The notes under the pieces were generated by a model that saw nothing but the letters and a program-made list of their open reading frames with translations, searched no databases and was not told the DNA's origin. This document shows positions 60,901 to 64,000 of a stretch of 64,000 nucleotides of DNA, in pieces; the first letter of the stretch is position 1, and each line of letters starts with the position of its first letter. Made by a program: the position numbers and the translations under genes. The DNA comes from the human T2T-CHM13v2.0 reference genome, Homo sapiens, in NCBI RefSeq assembly GCF_009914755.1, contig NC_060926.1, one strand, 5' to 3'.

Positions 60901-62420
60901 GAGAACTACATAGGAAATCCTCTATTTAGCAAGCACTCTGTAGTTAAGGATTGAAGTTCCTGATCCCCAGGAAAAGCCTACCGCAAATACTGCCATAAAA
61001 TCCCCACTCTAAGTCATCTACACTGTCAGCGCCCCTTCAAGAGCCATTCATTCATTGAATAACTATTTATAAACAATGTACGGGAGTTGTTATTTTAGAT
61101 GCCAAAGATATGGAGTGAACAAAACAGAAGAAAGGAATGTATCCAATCAAAGTTTATTGAATGTTGCTCCATTTCAGGTACTGAGCAACTAGCAGCTCAG
61201 CTCTTGTAAAACCTACCTTCTTGAAAACCTGTCTCTTGCCATAGTTCCCACTTCTTGGATCACTCATCCATTTCCTCTCATATCTCTGCCTGACTCTGGT
61301 ATCTCAGAGATCAATGCAGGGGACAGAGAATCCTTGCTCCAAAAATAAATAGAGGGTTCAAGAGTCTGGATCTAATATTTTTCAAATAGAACATAAATTT
61401 TCTATAGTTTTAATTTATCTCAAATTTATCTAAGATATAATTTATTCATTGGGTTTACTCATTTCCTTTCGACTATCTGCTGTCTGACTGCTAGTAGTGG
61501 ATGAGACAGCAGGATGATCAATGATGGTGCTTTTTGGAATCATAGTGAATTATATGAATTGTTGAGACAGGCAAAATTTGAATATACATTATTTAGGTTG
61601 TTTATGTAGTACATATAGATATACTATGTTTTTCTAAATGTTTGATAACAAAATATTTGGAAAGAAGGCTAACACAAAAGTACATGTTGAAAAATCAGCT
61701 GAATGTCCTTAAGTGCATATTTAGAATTGGAAATTTAATGCCATACTGATTGTGAGTTCTTTGACTTCTTTGAAGGAAGTGTTTGATGGAGTTTGTTTTC
61801 TTGGTACTGAATTCAGCGTAGGGGCAAGGACTGTTTTTATCTTTGTGGAATTCAACTATGCTGACTTAGAAGCTACCTGTAGGATAGGTTGTCATTTTCC
61901 TCCAAATACTTTGAAGCTTCCCTCTATCATTCGACCTGATTCTCAGAAAGAAGTGGCAGTGGCAGAAGGTAGAATTAGGGAGAAAAGGTCCAGAGCCAGC
62001 ACTGTTGGAACAGATCATTTCACTGGAAGAATTTTCACTAATTCAGAGATTTGCAAACTAACCTGAATAAATTTGTAATAATTATAGTATGAAGTGAGCA
62101 TTCTGAAATTAATTCTTTGTGTTTTTATAGAGAAGTTACCTATGATCATAATAAATACAGTGATCAACATACCACACATAGGAAATATGATAGGTGCTTC
62201 ATGAAAATTTTCCCGTTAACTCTTCATAAACACCCTGTAAAGTAAGGCATATTTTGCAGATTAAAAAAACAAAAACAAACTGAGTCCCATATAGTAAATG
62301 GTTGTGCCGGGATTTAGACTGAAATCTGTCTGGGTCTAAGTCTGTATCTTTTTCATTATATCACATCATGTCTTGCTATTGTGCCTATCATTGTACTTTT
62401 TTAAGAAAACAAGTGATTTA

Positions 62421-62870
<450 letters not shown>

Positions 62871-63028
62871 TTAGATGACAACACCAACACTGTTACTAGT
62901 CAGCCATGCCTTCCAGGCATAAGTAAAGGTAATTTTTTAAGGTCAGGGAGTTTTAAAAGAGCTCAAATGTTTGAGGGAGAAATAGTGGTGAATGTGATAG
63001 TGACTTGTGAATTAAAACCAAGTTTGAG

Positions 63029-63332
<304 letters not shown>

Positions 63333-64000
63333 GAACCAAGTTTGAACATCATTCATGTCTGGGCTTGAAGAATAGACAGAAAGGACAATAGCTAGAGATG
63401 CCACAGAGATAATGTCACCAAGCAATGATTACCTAGGCTAAGTCAGCTAAGCCTAGAGAGTATGATTGAAAGGGGTATGAGGAAAGTTAAGTGTGAAAGT
63501 ATGTATGTAAATGAATCACTTCCCTTCAAAGTAGAATTTCAGATCCATTTAGTAAAAAGATCCATTGTATTCAAGGTTGCCCTGCCAAATTACCCAAGGG
63601 CATGTATTTTCATGACATTATTGGTCTTATGTGTGTTGTTTTCTTGACAATAGGAGTTTCCCTCCTAAGTGTAAGTAGTAATACTTAAATATTAATAAAA
63701 GAACATAGTATTTCCTTGTCCCCCACTACCCATCCTTACGCCGTGTTGTATAATTTATTGTAAATAAATTGTTAATGATACATTCTTGCACTAGAAGTGC
63801 ACAATTTTTGGGTTCAGTATGTTTCTTAAATAAGAGGTCACAGTAAACCAAATACTTACTATGAAACAAATAACTGGTACTCCACAGTTACAATCTTAAT
63901 GTGATTTTTACCTTGAGTTCATAGCTAAAGTTTGAGGCAATCCATTAATTGGATGCTTTAGCACTAAAACAGAAATTTGTCTCAGACAAGAAAACACTTT

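Overview
Human-type (primate) genomic DNA, intronic or intergenic, with no intact protein-coding gene I can support. Main contents: a full-length SVA_F-like retrotransposon with a target-site duplication (TSD) (7510-9557, +); a full-length processed AHCY (S-adenosylhomocysteine hydrolase) pseudogene (about 22299-24435, -); about 50 Alu/FLAM copies, several nested or re-using one target site; short L1 3' ends; two solo LTRs (MER54A-like, MER31-like); and MER8, MER5, MER58, MIR, L2 and CR1 fossils. Nearly all supplied ORFs are Alu/SVA or AHCY-pseudogene artefacts. I found no convincing new biological system. The best leads are: a chain of non-coding plus-strand exon candidates starting beside an NF-kB/C-EBP/CTCF motif cluster (16.3-16.6 kb); a recursive-splice or 9-nt microexon site (18.37 kb); a G-run expansion inside MER8; a pre-miRNA-sized hairpin; and a tiny orphan poly(A) retro-insertion. 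Repeat subfamily names and boundaries were assigned by eye from remembered consensus sequences and are approximate.
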